A DNA stretch of 64,000 nucleotides from Atribacterota bacterium (GCA_040767965.1 JAXGNR010000005.1:1-64000), one strand, 5' to 3'. Numbered from the stretch's first letter, positions 30,757-42,702 are shown. Notes: generated by a model from the sequence alone, not told the origin. Translations and numbers: made by a program.

Positions 30757-32040
30757 ATGGTTATTAGCATTTTAACTGTTGTTTTAATTGTAACTATGCT
30801 TATGGGAATGCCTATAGCTTTTGCATTAGGTTTTTCAGCTGTTGTTGCCTTTCTTTTTATGGATCCCATCATGATGGATGTTATTGCCCAGAAAATGTTT
30901 ACAGGACTTAATTCTTTTCCGTTAATGGCTATTCCATTTTTTATATTTGCAGGTGAATTGATGGGAAGAGGAGGAATAACCAAAAAATTACTGGATTTTG
31001 CAGATATAATAGTTGGAAGAATGATTGGCGGTCTGGGACTGGCTAATGTATTAGCAAGTATGCTCTTTGGAGGCATAACCGGATCTGCTATTGCAGATGT
31101 AAGTGCACTGGGCTCTATTGAAATCCCCATGATGGTAGAAGCAGGATATGAACCTAGTTTATCAGCAGGAGTTACATGTGCCTCTGCCTGCATTGGCCCA
31201 ATCATTCCACCGAGTATTCCTATGGTTATTTATGCCACAGCTGTGGGATCCTCAATAGGAGGGCTTTTTTTAGCTGGATATTTTCCGGGAATATTAATTG
31301 GCCTTGCTCTAATGCTGACTACCTACATTGTAGCTAAAAGAAAAAGAGTACCGGTTCGCAAAACAAGGCATTCATTTAGTGAATATATAAATTCGTTTAA
31401 ATCTGCTTTTTCTGCTTTAGTCATGCCTTTAATTATTATGGGGGGAATTTTAGGAGGTATCTTTACACCAACAGAAGCAGCAAGTGTTGCTGTGGCCTAT
31501 ACCTTTATTTTAAGTGTTTTCATTTATAAAACTGTAAAATTATCTGATTTACCGGATATTCTAAAGAACACGGCAGTAACAACAGCGGTTGTATTAATCC
31601 TGGTGAGCACTTCTAATGTTTTTGCCTGGATAGTAATGATGGAACAAGTTGCCGTAAAAATAGGTAATCTGTTCGGCACAATGGACAAATATATATTTTT
31701 GCTTTTTGTAAATGTCCTTTTATTATTTGTAGGTACTTTCATGGATAATATTCCGGCAATCTTGATTTTAGCACCAATACTGGCCCCAATAGCTGTATTA
31801 TTAGGAATTCATCAATTACATTTTGGAATAATATTTGTGGTAAATTTAGTTATTGGATTAATAACACCTCCTCTTGGCCAGGTATTATTTGTTGCAGTTC
31901 CCATTGCCAAAATAAAATTTGAAAAGGTTGCATGGGGTACGTTTCCATTCTTAATGGTTGAAATTTGCTGTTTGTTCATTATTACTTATGTTCCCTTTTT
32001 AACACTTTATCTGCCAAGGTTGTTTAGATTGGGGTACTAG
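30757..32040 (+). CDS. dctM: TRAP large permease
   Basis: AIPFFIFAGELM; GSAIAD; IIPPSIPM; GLITPPLG. Confidence 0.95.
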   Translation: MVISILTVVLIVTMLMGMPIAFALGFSAVVAFLFMDPIMMDVIAQKMFTGLNSFPLMAIPFFIFAGELMGRGGITKKLLDFADIIVGRMIGGLGLANVLASMLFGGITGSAIADVSALGSIEIPMMVEAGYEPSLSAGVTCASACIGPIIPPSIPMVIYATAVGSSIGGLFLAGYFPGILIGLALMLTTYIVAKRKRVPVRKTRHSFSEYINSFKSAFSALVMPLIIMGGILGGIFTPTEAASVAVAYTFILSVFIYKTVKLSDLPDILKNTAVTTAVVLILVSTSNVFAWIVMMEQVAVKIGNLFGTMDKYIFLLFVNVLLLFVGTFMDNIPAILILAPILAPIAVLLGIHQLHFGIIFVVNLVIGLITPPLGQVLFVAVPIAKIKFEKVAWGTFPFLMVEICCLFIITYVPFLTLYLPRLFRLGY

Positions 32041-32194
32041 TTTTATCAGGTAGCTGATATTGGAGAAAGATAACAATTGGTTTGTTGTTTAATTTTATAA
32101 TATAACAAAATATATTGAGTCATAATTACCCAGGTTATCCAAATGTTAATATTCCTGCTGAGGATCTTGATTCTATATTAAGAGGAGGATTGGA

Positions 32195-33478
32195 ATGCAG
32201 ATAATTGAAGGCGGATTAGATATAAAGTTTCCAAAAATGTATAAAATAAAGCAAATATTACAGAAAAATCCGATTATAGATATTCAAAAGGCTATTATAA
32301 GTCAATTAGATCAAAGCAAAATCAATGAACAAATTTTACCTGGAATGTCAATTGCTATCGCAGTGGGAAGCAGAGGGATCAGGCAATTATATCAAGTAAT
32401 TGAAACCCTGGTTCTTGAGTTAAAGAAAAAGCAGGCCAGGCCATTTATTGTTCCTGCAATGGGCAGTCATGGAGGGGCTACCGCAGAAGGTCAAAGGAAA
32501 ATTTTAGAATATTACGGAATAACCGAAGAAAACCTTCAAGTTCCCATTAAATCTTCAATGGAAGTGCTCGAAATAGGTAAAAGCGAAAACGGTGTTCCTG
32601 TTTATTTTGATAAAAATGCTTTTTTAGCAGATGGTATTATACCAGTTAATCGGGTTAAGGTTCACACAGATTTCAGGGGTGAAATTGAAAGCGGAATACT
32701 TAAAATGCTGGTGATAGGATTAGGAAAACATAAAGGTGCTACCGAAATTCACAAGCTGGGCTTTGAAAATTTTCATTGGCTGATACCTCATTTCGGTACA
32801 ATAATTCTTGAAAAAGCTCCAGTTATTTTCAGTATTGCCCTGGTAGAAGATGCCTTTGGAGATATAACTGATGTTGAAGCATTAATTCCTTCAGAGATTA
32901 TTGAAAAAGAGAAGGAATTATTAAAAAAATCAAAAAGAATAATGGCAAGAATAAATATTCCGGAGATAGAACTATTAATTGTAGATGAAATAGGAAAAGA
33001 TATTAGTGGAAATGGATTAGATCCCAATATTATTGGTCGTTTTCGGGGAAGTCAACAAAACGATATAGAAGCACCAAATATAAAAAGAATTATCATTCTT
33101 GATCTTACTGAAAAAACGCATGGAAATGCCGGAGGGATAGGGTACGCTGATATTACTGTAAGAAATCTTGTTAATAAGATAGATTTTCCGGTAAGTTATA
33201 CAAATGCGGTTACATCTGGGGATCTTTATGACATAAAAATTCCGTTAATTGCCGATAATGAAAAGGACGCAATTGCTTTAGGATTAAAAATAATTAATTT
33301 TAACCATCCTGATCAGGTTGATGTAGTCCAGATAAAAAACACCCTTGATATTGAAGAAATTATGGTATCAGAATCTTTGTTTAATAAAATAAAAGACAAT
33401 GACTGTTTTGAGAAATTGATTAGCAACCCTTTGGAGATGTCTTTTGATAAAGGAGGTAAGTTAATAACAAAAATATAG
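32195..33478 (+). CDS. LarA-superfamily (lactate racemase domain / DUF362-like) protein
   Basis: AVGSRGI..PAMGSHGGATAEGQ..NRVKVHTDF..ESG.LKM..IGLGK..GKDISG.G.DPN. Confidence 0.75.
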   Translation: MQIIEGGLDIKFPKMYKIKQILQKNPIIDIQKAIISQLDQSKINEQILPGMSIAIAVGSRGIRQLYQVIETLVLELKKKQARPFIVPAMGSHGGATAEGQRKILEYYGITEENLQVPIKSSMEVLEIGKSENGVPVYFDKNAFLADGIIPVNRVKVHTDFRGEIESGILKMLVIGLGKHKGATEIHKLGFENFHWLIPHFGTIILEKAPVIFSIALVEDAFGDITDVEALIPSEIIEKEKELLKKSKRIMARINIPEIELLIVDEIGKDISGNGLDPNIIGRFRGSQQNDIEAPNIKRIIILDLTEKTHGNAGGIGYADITVRNLVNKIDFPVSYTNAVTSGDLYDIKIPLIADNEKDAIALGLKIINFNHPDQVDVVQIKNTLDIEEIMVSESLFNKIKDNDCFEKLISNPLEMSFDKGGKLITKI

Positions 33479-33555
33479 ATTAAAATAAATTTAAATACTA
33501 TTATAACAGAGATATTAATGCAAAAATATTAGATTAAAAGGAGAATTAAACAATT

Positions 33556-34449
33556 ATGAAAAAATTAACAGGTGTGTTCCCGGTAGTGCTGACACCTTTT
33601 AAGGGAGATGATCAAACAGTTGATTATTCATTGTTGGATAAACATGTGGACTTTCTGCTGGAAAGTGGTGCACATGGCCTATGTGCAAATGGAAGTACCA
33701 GCGAATTTTCATTATTAAGCGACCAGGAGGCATTTGATGTTGCAAAAAGAATTATTGCTAGAGCTGATGGAAAAGTTCCGATTATTTTTGGAGCTTCAGC
33801 GCCTTCCACAAGAAAAACTATCGAATTTGCTAAAATGGGAGAGAACCTGGGTGCAGATGCCTTATTAATGCTTCCTCCTTATTATTTTCCACTTGATGAT
33901 TTAGAAATTTATAAGCATTACGAAATTGTCTCTCAGAATACAAAGCTACCTATTATGATTTACAATAATCCTCACACCAGTAAGCTTGATATAAAACCAG
34001 AATTGATTGCAGAGCTGGCTAAGATTGATAATATTTCTTATATAAAGGAAAGTTCAGGATTAGCTACCAGAATTCACGAAATTCAATCTTTGGCAGGCGA
34101 TAACATTGATATCTTTATTGGAGCTGATAATATCTTTTTTGATGCCTTGGTTTCAGGTGCAACTGGAGTTATTGCTTCCAGCGGAAATATTATTACGAAG
34201 TTTATGGTTGAAATTTATGATCTGATCATAAAAGAAAAAAATATTGAGAAAGCAAGGGAAAAGTTTCAGATAATTTCTCCTTTAGTTTCCTTTGTTGACG
34301 GGAGCCCAAATTTTGTTCAAGTGTTAAAAACTGCTTTAGAAATAATGGGAAGGCCGGTGGGACCTCCCAGATATCCATTATTAAATTTGTCCGGGCAGAA
34401 GAGAGAAGTGTTGGTAGAAATATTAAAAAATATAAAACTTGCTAAATAA
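33556..34449 (+). CDS. DapA/NAL-family aldolase or dehydratase
   Basis: GSTSEF; YNNP; Schiff-base Lys in YIKESSG. Confidence 0.9.
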   Translation: MKKLTGVFPVVLTPFKGDDQTVDYSLLDKHVDFLLESGAHGLCANGSTSEFSLLSDQEAFDVAKRIIARADGKVPIIFGASAPSTRKTIEFAKMGENLGADALLMLPPYYFPLDDLEIYKHYEIVSQNTKLPIMIYNNPHTSKLDIKPELIAELAKIDNISYIKESSGLATRIHEIQSLAGDNIDIFIGADNIFFDALVSGATGVIASSGNIITKFMVEIYDLIIKEKNIEKAREKFQIISPLVSFVDGSPNFVQVLKTALEIMGRPVGPPRYPLLNLSGQKREVLVEILKNIKLAK

Positions 34450-34517
34450 ATTTCTGTTTACAACAAAAATTTACTTGTAAACTATGTTTTGAAAGCATGG
34501 AAATCTGTAACTATTCA

Positions 34518-34598
34518 ACTATTTATAGAGGTGTAGATTTATCAATAATTACAATAATGAAATCTTTAAAAGTGTTAAACTACACCTTTGTGAATAGT
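34518..34598. terminator. Long stem-loop at operon end
   Basis: ACTATTTATAGAGGTGTAG ... CTACACCTTTGTGAATAGT. Confidence 0.5.
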
Positions 34599-34820
34599 AA
34601 GAAATGAGAAATATCGGGGACGGTTCTTCAGATCAGTTTATTCCATATTTAAAAGAAAACCTATCGACTTATCCTTTATTTCTTATCCCCAGCAAACCAT
34701 ATAAACATAAGATTATTTGATTAAACAATAAAAAAAATGCTTTTTATTGTAGTATAATATAATAAAGAATATTATTACTTTTTTTTATTGTGAAAAAAAA
34801 TAATTAAATTGAGGTTCAAC

Positions 34821-35366
34821 ATGAATATTAATAATCAAGAATGTTGTCCTGAATTTAGCCCAGGAAAATGGGATAAAAAGTCATTTAGCTGGGAAGAAAA
34901 ACAGTTTATTAAAGAGTCAATTCCTACCTTATTTCACATTCCCTTTCCTCCAATGATTAGCAGAAAGATAACCAGTATGATGAAACTGGCAACAAGTACA
35001 GACAAAATTGACAGTAAAAAAGACGAAGTTCTTGTTTTATTCCAGGATCCGAGTGCCTTCAGATCAAACATTTATATTTCAGTTACAGGGGATGTTCCCG
35101 GTGCAAATAATGTTAAGATTCCAGGAAAATTTATTGCCAGAGTATTCGATGGGCCGTATAATGCTGTTCCAATATTCATAAAAGATATGAATATATATTT
35201 AGAAGCAGAAGGAAAGAAAATTCCAAAAGATGAAGAGTATTATATTCATTATGCCTATTGCCCTAAATGTGCGATAAGATATGGGCATCAATATATGATT
35301 TTATTTGGAAAGATTGGCGAATCTAAAAAACAGTTGGATGAAAAAAGAACGTCCAATTCGAATTGA
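34821..35366 (+). CDS. Conserved hypothetical 'hydrolase'/GyrI-like protein
   Basis: ECCP.F.P..WD..; VFDGPY..; YAYCPKCA..YG. Confidence 0.6.
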   Translation: MNINNQECCPEFSPGKWDKKSFSWEEKQFIKESIPTLFHIPFPPMISRKITSMMKLATSTDKIDSKKDEVLVLFQDPSAFRSNIYISVTGDVPGANNVKIPGKFIARVFDGPYNAVPIFIKDMNIYLEAEGKKIPKDEEYYIHYAYCPKCAIRYGHQYMILFGKIGESKKQLDEKRTSNSN

Positions 35367-35432
35367 TTGTTTTAAGAGGCATTATACTTAAAAATCAGCC
35401 CAAAGGAATGAGAAAAAAACGGAGCTAACAAT

Positions 35433-36095
35433 ATGCACTTAGCTTTGCAAATAATAATATATACACTTCTTTTCCTGCTTATTGTATTTGCCATGATAAT
35501 TTTTATACCAATAGTCTATTCTGTAGAAGGGGAAAAAGAAGAATACTATTTTTTAATAATCAGAATTGGTTTACTATTTTCTTTGATAAATCTTATTGTA
35601 CACAAAGAAGAGAATAAAAAAAAGGAATTTTCACTGAAAATATTTGGATTCCAAATTAATTTAAGAGATGATAAAAAAGCTCAAAAACTGAAGAAAAAAG
35701 GAGATATAAAAAAAGAAGAGAGAAAAAGAAAGAAAGCGAAGCAAGAAAATAGCAGGAGTATCATATTTTTTCTGAAGCCTTTCCTAAATGAATCTTTCCG
35801 ATTGGCAAGAAGGGTGTTAAGGCACATTATGCCTAAAGAATACCGAATAAATCTTATATATGGTTTTGAAGATCCTGCTGATACGGGTATTTTAACCGGC
35901 TTTTTCTATTTGTTATTTCCAAATGTTTCCTTTAGTGAAATGATTAAAATACAACCTGTATTCGATGAAGAAATAATTCAAGGAAGGATAAACATAAAAG
36001 GAAGGGTTATTGTGGTTATTCTAATGTACTATTTTATTCAATATTACTTTGCTCATGGGGTTCGGGAAACAATAAAAAAAATAAGAAATAAATAA
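35433..36095 (+). CDS. DUF2953 (YtfI-like) membrane protein
   Basis: YGFEDPADTGILTG..PVF; adjacent to ytfJ. Confidence 0.8.
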   Translation: MHLALQIIIYTLLFLLIVFAMIIFIPIVYSVEGEKEEYYFLIIRIGLLFSLINLIVHKEENKKKEFSLKIFGFQINLRDDKKAQKLKKKGDIKKEERKRKKAKQENSRSIIFFLKPFLNESFRLARRVLRHIMPKEYRINLIYGFEDPADTGILTGFFYLLFPNVSFSEMIKIQPVFDEEIIQGRINIKGRVIVVILMYYFIQYYFAHGVRETIKKIRNK

Positions 36096-36115
36096 AAATC
36101 AGGAGGTAAAATGAA

Positions 36116-36487
36116 ATGAATGAAACATTGAACAAGGGATTGGAGACTTTATTCGAAAAATTACAGGATTTTTTGACTTCCAGAACTATTATTGGAAAGG
36201 AAATACAGGTTGGAGATACTACTTTGATCCCGGTAATTGAGCTTACCTTTGGCATGGGATCCGGTTCAGGTGGCGGAGCTGATGAAAAAAAACAGCAGAC
36301 TTCTGGTGAAGGTGTTGGCTTCGGGGCAAAAGCCAGGCCTTCAGCCGTAATAGTAATCCATAATAACCAGGTACAGTTATTGCCTGTGGGAAAACCAGGC
36401 GCACTGGAAAAATTAATGGAAAAGATTCCGGATATCATGGATAAAATTCCAAAAACTGAAGGAAGTAAAGATAAAGAGAAGAAATAA
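36116..36487 (+). CDS. ytfJ: YtfJ/GerW family protein
   Basis: IIGKEIQVGDTTLIPV..FG.GSG.GG..G.G.GAK.RP.AVIVI. Confidence 0.8.
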   Translation: MNETLNKGLETLFEKLQDFLTSRTIIGKEIQVGDTTLIPVIELTFGMGSGSGGGADEKKQQTSGEGVGFGAKARPSAVIVIHNNQVQLLPVGKPGALEKLMEKIPDIMDKIPKTEGSKDKEKK

Positions 36488-36584
36488 ATAATAATGTAAA
36501 TAGATGTAGATGCCACCTATTGACAATAAAGAATATTTATGAGAATATGTTAGGGAATAACTAACTAACTATTGAGGTGGCATT

Positions 36585-37001
36585 TTGAAAGAACATCATA
36601 CTCTGTTTAGTGTATTTAATCGTTTCATGTTAGTTAAAACAGAATGCAGATATAATGTCATTAATAAACATAAAATTTCAGGGTTAACTTTAAAACAGAT
36701 CGAATATTTGAAATTATTTGATAAAAAAGAAAATGTTACCATCAGTCAATTAGCTAGAGAACTGGGTTTGTCTAAGCCAACAGTTACCGAAATGGTTAAA
36801 AAGTTTATTCGGTTAGATTGCGTCCAAAAAGAACAATGCAGGCATGATGCAAGAGTGTATTATTTGTTTCTTACTGAAAAAGGGAAAATGATTGCCAGGC
36901 TAGAGCAGATTACCAATGATTATTTTGTTAAAAGAGTAGAAAACTGTTTAAGCAAAGAAGAAATTGATTTACTGATAGAAATACTTTTAAAGGTAGTCTG
37001 A
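36585..37001 (+). CDS. MarR family regulator
   Basis: LT.KQ.EYL..TISQLARELGLSKPTVTEMV..DARVYYL.LTEKG. Confidence 0.9.
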   Translation: MKEHHTLFSVFNRFMLVKTECRYNVINKHKISGLTLKQIEYLKLFDKKENVTISQLARELGLSKPTVTEMVKKFIRLDCVQKEQCRHDARVYYLFLTEKGKMIARLEQITNDYFVKRVENCLSKEEIDLLIEILLKVV

Positions 37002-37136
37002 AGGTTCATTTTTTTGATATTATTGTTAGGTTAAATAAAACTAACAATAATAATTTATATCCCTGGTTTTGAAAAAAAGACATTGAATATGACGGGCGCA
37101 TAAAGTAATTCCAGTTTAAGAAATGAGGTAAGATTA

Positions 37137-39533
37137 ATGAATATCAATGATATAAAAGATAGATTAGCAATTATAGCCATGCCCGGACATGTGTTATTTA
37201 AAGGAATAAAAAGCACCATCAGGATTAGCAGATCATTAACCGAGACAATATATCCTAGAATTAAGCAGGATAATAATTATGCAATTGTGCTTCTTCTAAA
37301 AGATGAATGTAGCCTGGAAAATTATCTGGAAAATGATTTGCATACTATTGGAAGCCTGGTAAAAGTCGAGAAGGTAATCCATTCAAAATTAACCTGTGAT
37401 ATAAATTTAGAAGTATTGGATAGGGTGGAAGTTAAAAATATAACTAAAGAGCAGGATTATTATATCAGCGAATATGACATTATTCCGGATATTGAAGATT
37501 TAGATAAAAATTCACAAAGCCAGATGCTTGAATATATTAAAACAATTTCAACGGAAATCAGCAAAGGGTTTATCGGCTCCGAAAGCTATATTGAATATAT
37601 CAACAGCATAAATGATTTAGAAAAAATTATCAGCTATATAATGCAGTTTATAAATATATCTGTTTCTGAAAAACAAGAGCTATTTGAGATTAGATCCAGA
37701 AGAAAAAATGTTTGATGTTTTTGGATATTCTTATAAAGCAAAAAGAAAATATTAAATTTCAAATGGAAATAAATGCAAAATTGACCGGTGAAATGAATAA
37801 GCAGTATAGGGAAAAAATGCTGAGAGAGCAGTTAAAAGCGATACAGGAAGAGCTAAATGAAGGGAAACAGCCGGAAGTAAAAAAAGGATTATTTGACTTT
37901 AATCAATGAATCCAAAATGCCTGAAGATGTGAAAGAAATTGCTATGGAAGAAAATGATAAATTGGAAAATCAAGGACCAAACAATGTGGAGGCAAATGTA
38001 ATTAGAAATTATCTGGATTTACTGACATCACTTCCCTGGGGGAAAAGCAATGTTAAAGAAGTCGATATTAAAGAAGCTAAAAAGATCTTGGAAAAAGACC
38101 ATTATGGTTTGGATAAAGTGAAAGAGAGAATTATTCAACATTTAACAGTGATGAAACTTAAGAACAATCAGCAAGGATCTATCCTGCTTCTGGTAGGACC
38201 TCCCGGAACAGGGAAAACCAGTTTGGGGAAAAGCATTGCAAAAGCCCTTCAGAGAGAATATGTGAGAATAAGCCTGGGAGGCGTAAGAGATGAAGCAGAA
38301 ATTAGAGGGCACAGAAGAACTTATATTGGTGCACTTCCTGGTAGAATCATACAGGGAATCAAAAAAGCAGGTACCAATAATCCTGTGTTTATATTAGATG
38401 AAGTGGATAAACTGCTGGCCTCCAATATGGGAGATCCAGCCAGTGCATTGCTGGAAGTATTGGATCCTGAACAAAATAATTCATTTTCAGACCATTACCT
38501 GGAGGTCCCTTATGATTTATCTGATGTATTTTTTATTGGAACAGCCAATTCCTTAAAGGATATCCCGGAACCGCTAAGGGACAGAATGGAAATCATTCAG
38601 ATTCATAGTTATACAGCAACTGAGAAATTCCATATCGCAAAAGGACATCTGATTGATGAAGTTTTGAAAAATCATGGACTTATATCTGAGCAATTGCAAT
38701 TAGAAGATAGTACGATAAAGGCGATTATAGATAAGTATACCCGGGAGGCTGGAGTAAGAGGGCTGAAAAAACAATTATCAGCGATAGCCAGGCATGCCAC
38801 AGAAAAGATTATCATTGATGAGGTAAAAATACCTTATATAGTAAAAGAAGGAATGCTGTTTGACATATTAGGTTCAGAGATATCCAGTTATGATAAGGTT
38901 AAAAAATCAAATCCACCCGGGGTGGTTACCGGATTAGCCTGGACACCCGTTGGTGGTGATATTCTATTTATTGAAAGTGCTTTTATGCCTGGAAAAGGAG
39001 AACTAATGCTAACAGGTCAATTAGGTGATGTTATGAAAGAGTCAGCCAAAATATCGCAGAGTTTGATTAGATCAAGATTGTTTCTAAGCCTGGAAGATAA
39101 TCATTTTGATAAGCATGACCTGCATATTCATATACCACAAGGCTCTATACCCAAAGATGGTCCGTCTGCCGGGGTGACTCTGTTTACATCCATAGCTTCT
39201 CTATTTACCGGGATCCCGGTAGATGCAAAAATAGCCATGACTGGAGAAATATCTTTGAGAGGCACAGTTCTTCCGGTAGGGGGGATTAAGGAAAAAGTAA
39301 TAGCGGCTCATCGTTCCGGCATTAAAAAAATCCTCCTTCCTTTGGAAAATAAAAAAGATCTTTGTGAGGTTCCTGAGGAAGTAAAGAAAGATATACAATT
39401 TATTTTTATTGAAACTATAGAGGAATTAATGCAGGAGACCTTAGGGATTAAATTACCAAGAGTTAGTGAATTTCACTTTTACATTCCGAATAAAAATGTG
39501 ATAAAAACAGATAAAGAAATTGTAAAAGTATAA
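37137..39533 (+). CDS. lon: ATP-dependent Lon protease (two apparent frameshifts near 37710 and 37885)
   Basis: LonN domain; GPPGTGKT; [15 protein letters not shown]; PKDGPSAG; GGIKEK. Confidence 0.92.
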
Positions 39534-39562
39534 GATAATAAATAACAAGTAAAAGAGGATGT

Positions 39563-40951
39563 GAGTCAATCCCAATTTTTCTGTAAAATTAAGTAGCCAC
39601 CAATTCCTCCTGAGCCTTGACTCCTTCTTTCATTTGTTTTATTTCTTCTAGAGAGGATCATCTTCTTGTAGGAATTGATCCTCTTTATTTATCTTCAGAT
39701 ACCTTCTACCGGTCTGCCATTCCTCATCAATCTCCATAGTCTCAGGAGGCATATCTTAGGCAGGTTCTGGTTCGGGAAAATGCCAACTACCCGGAGCGTT
39801 GTTTTAGGTCTTTATTGATTACCCCTTCAATTAAATTGGTGGTTCTAATCTTGCGACGGTGATGTTTGGAGTAGTTAAGGTAAGTCGAGTAAATTCAGTT
39901 CCTCTTGTAACATTTCACTTACTTTATGATAACTGGTCTGGTATTTTCTGGCAATCATCTTAGCTACAGTAGCCATCTGTCTGGTGGGAGAATTAAAGAT
40001 CTGCTTGAGATAATCGGCAGTTTTGCTTTTTCCTTATAGGGAACACAAGATAGGACATTACGCATAAAATGACAGATACAGCGCTGATGGGGTGTATTGG
40101 GGAATACTTTCCTGCTGAGCTTTGATGAGTCCTTATGGTCATCGGAGATCGTTAAATCGTATTTAATCCCCTGTCTTTGATTTGGTTAAAGTGATTCAGA
40201 TAGCTTGGTAGCTTTCCTCAAAGGCGATATCAATACCCAGAACCTTCCGGTATCCGTTCTTGTCTACACCTATGGTAATTAATAACGGGCAGGAGATGAC
40301 CTGGTGGTTTACCCGGATAAAAAAGTAGAGGGCATCGGTAAATAGATAGAGGTAATAATCTTGTAATTGTGCTTGTTGCCATTTTGTTATCTGGGGATCC
40401 AGTTCGGGTGATTCTGCTGACTGTAGTTGATAGATGAGATCCGGTGATAGTTTAGCGACAATCTTTTTGAGCCGGTTGGTGGAGACTCCATCGGTAACCA
40501 TCTGGCAGATACTGGCAAGTAGGGCCTTTTCGCTTCTTTGGTAGTTTTCAAATAATTGAGTCTGAAAGGCAAATTCTCTGATCTGGGGTTTGGCCAAAAG
40601 TAGATTACCGACTCTGGTATTCAAAGAGCGGGGCTTATAGCCGTTACGATTGGCCTTTCTTTTGGCATTGTCTCTTTTATGAGACAATACTCCCACCTGA
40701 GCATCTCTTTCTTCTTCCATTAGCTGTTGCATAATACTTTTTACCATTTCCTTTAGGAAATCTCCGTCCTTATTTAATTCCGCTTGCAAAATAGACATGA
40801 TTGAATTAGTATTTAATTGGGTCATCTTGAATTTATCCTCCTTAATTTTTTAGAGTTTCATCTATATTATTATGGAGGTTCTTGATGGCCCATTTCAAGT
40901 TATTATTTGAATTAACTTATTCTACTTTTACAGAAAATATAGCACACACTC
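39563..40951 (-). mobile_element. IS256-family insertion sequence (transposase frameshifted)
   Basis: Imperfect TIRs GAGT....TTTTCTGTAAAA; 8-bp TSD GAGGATGT at 39555-39562 and 40952-40959; transposase RNGYKPR.L.TRVG, GVST, DALY. Confidence 0.92.
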
Positions 40952-41062
40952 GAGGATGTTGATTTGACATATTGTTTTGTGTTAATTATCCTCTTTTTTA
41001 ATAGTATAATTATAAAAATGACATAATGAAAAGGTAAAGACAAAAAGAAAGGAAGGAGTATT

Positions 41063-41411
41063 ATGCTTAGAAAAATTGAAGGGGCGAAAGATTTGAAACT
41101 CGACGAAATGAAGGAATTGAAAATTGATGAGGTTCCAATTTTATTAATTAATTATCAAAGGAAACCTGTATGCTCTCAGCAACAAATGCACTCACCTGGG
41201 ATGTAAGTTGTCTAAAGGAAAATTGGAAGAAAATATAATCACCTGTCCCTGTCACGGATCTAAATTTGACATTACTAATGGTAGGTTGGTGGAATGGATT
41301 TCCCGTTGGCCAAAATTAATTAGTTCATTAACAAAGGCGCTTGGATTTGCACGCTCTCTTTCTGCTTATCAAATAGTGGAAAAAGATAATGATATGTATA
41401 TTGATATGTAG
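41063..41411 (+). CDS. Rieske [2Fe-2S] ferredoxin (one frameshift near 41160)
   Basis: CTHLGC ... CPCHGSKFD; AGGAG RBS. Confidence 0.85.
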
Positions 41412-41536
41412 AAAGGCAATTGTAAGTGATACAATTTATTTTTAGAATATTTCACTGTAATAGGGCTGTATTCAGATAAAACCTGATTAAATAAGATTAT
41501 TTTTAAAATATATTTGGGAGCGGGAGCGAAAAAGTT

Positions 41537-42510
41537 ATGATTAATAACTTTGTTAATCCGGATTTGTATCATGGTTGGAATAAAAAAGGAATTTTTGAGG
41601 GATGGTATTTTAAGTTAGTTGATGCCAGCACTCAACAAGTTTTTGTTTTTATCCGGGTATACACCTTGGTAAAACCAAAAACATTCTCATAGTTTTATTC
41701 AGGTATTAAATGGTAAAAGTAAATTATAGATATTTACGTTTTGCTCCTGATGAATTTATCACCTCAAGAAAAAATTTTCAGGTTTCAGTTAAAGATAATT
41801 ATTTTTCTTTAGATCATATTAAATTAAATATATCTGAATCAGGTATTAATATAAAAGGTACAGTCAATTTTAAAAATATACTTAAATGGCCGGATACTTT
41901 ATTAAATCCCGGGAGCATGGGTTTTTATAATTATATTCCTTCAATGCAATGTTATGCTCAAGTATGTGTGATGGATATGGATTTAGAGGGTCATCTTAAT
42001 ATAGACGGAAAAGATATTGACTTTAGTCAGGGAAAAGGATATATAGAGAAAAATTGGGGTAAGGCTTTTCCTTATTCCTGGATATGGATTCAATCCAACA
42101 ATTTTATTCATAGTAAAACTTCCTTAAGCTGCTCTCTTGCTCAAATTCCTTTTTCGTTTTTTTCTTTTCGTGGTTTTTTAATTGGGTTGTATGCCAATGG
42201 CACTTTTTATTCTTTTACAACTATTAATCGAAGCAAAATTCAGGTTCAACAAAGTGGTTCAGATGTCAATATTAAAGTGGAAAATAAACGATTCTCTTTA
42301 AAAATAAAAACCCGGACATTGTCTGAAAATTTTATGCTTCTCAATGGTCCCAGAGATGGGAATATGATTCCTCTTGTTCAGGAAAATCTGCAAGGAGAAG
42401 TAAAGGTCATCCTAAGGGATAAAGAACATAATAAAACTATCTTAGAAGACCAAGGTTTCTGTGCCGGCATCGAATATGGAGGGAAACAAGTGATGGTACT
42501 GGATGGATAA
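41537..42510 (+). CDS. Tocopherol cyclase-like protein (5' frameshifts)
   Basis: LYHG..FEGWYFK; MQCY; GKGYIEKNWGKAFP.SWIWIQSN. Confidence 0.8.
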
Positions 42511-42702
42511 ATAATATTTAGGGAGATTAAATTTTGACTCTACTTCCCCTATGGACTTGTATGGAGTGGTAATTTTTTGCAGACATCATATAAGGCATAG
42601 TTAAGGTATAGTTTTTAGTAAACTGTCTTTAAATAAATATAATGTTAAATAATAAAATCTAACAGACTTGGGGAAAACAGGGTATCTTAAGAAAAAAGAT
42701 AG

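Noticed and set aside
35433-36487. Evidence for sporulation from ytfI/ytfJ
   Set aside because: This pair also occurs in non-sporulating bacteria and archaea
37137-39533. Programmed frameshifting or true pseudogenisation of lon (likewise the SWIM, Rieske, cyclase and LysM-M23 genes)
   Set aside because: Most breaks fall in homopolymer runs of otherwise intact genes and cluster regionally, typical of uncorrected long-read indels; needs read-level checking
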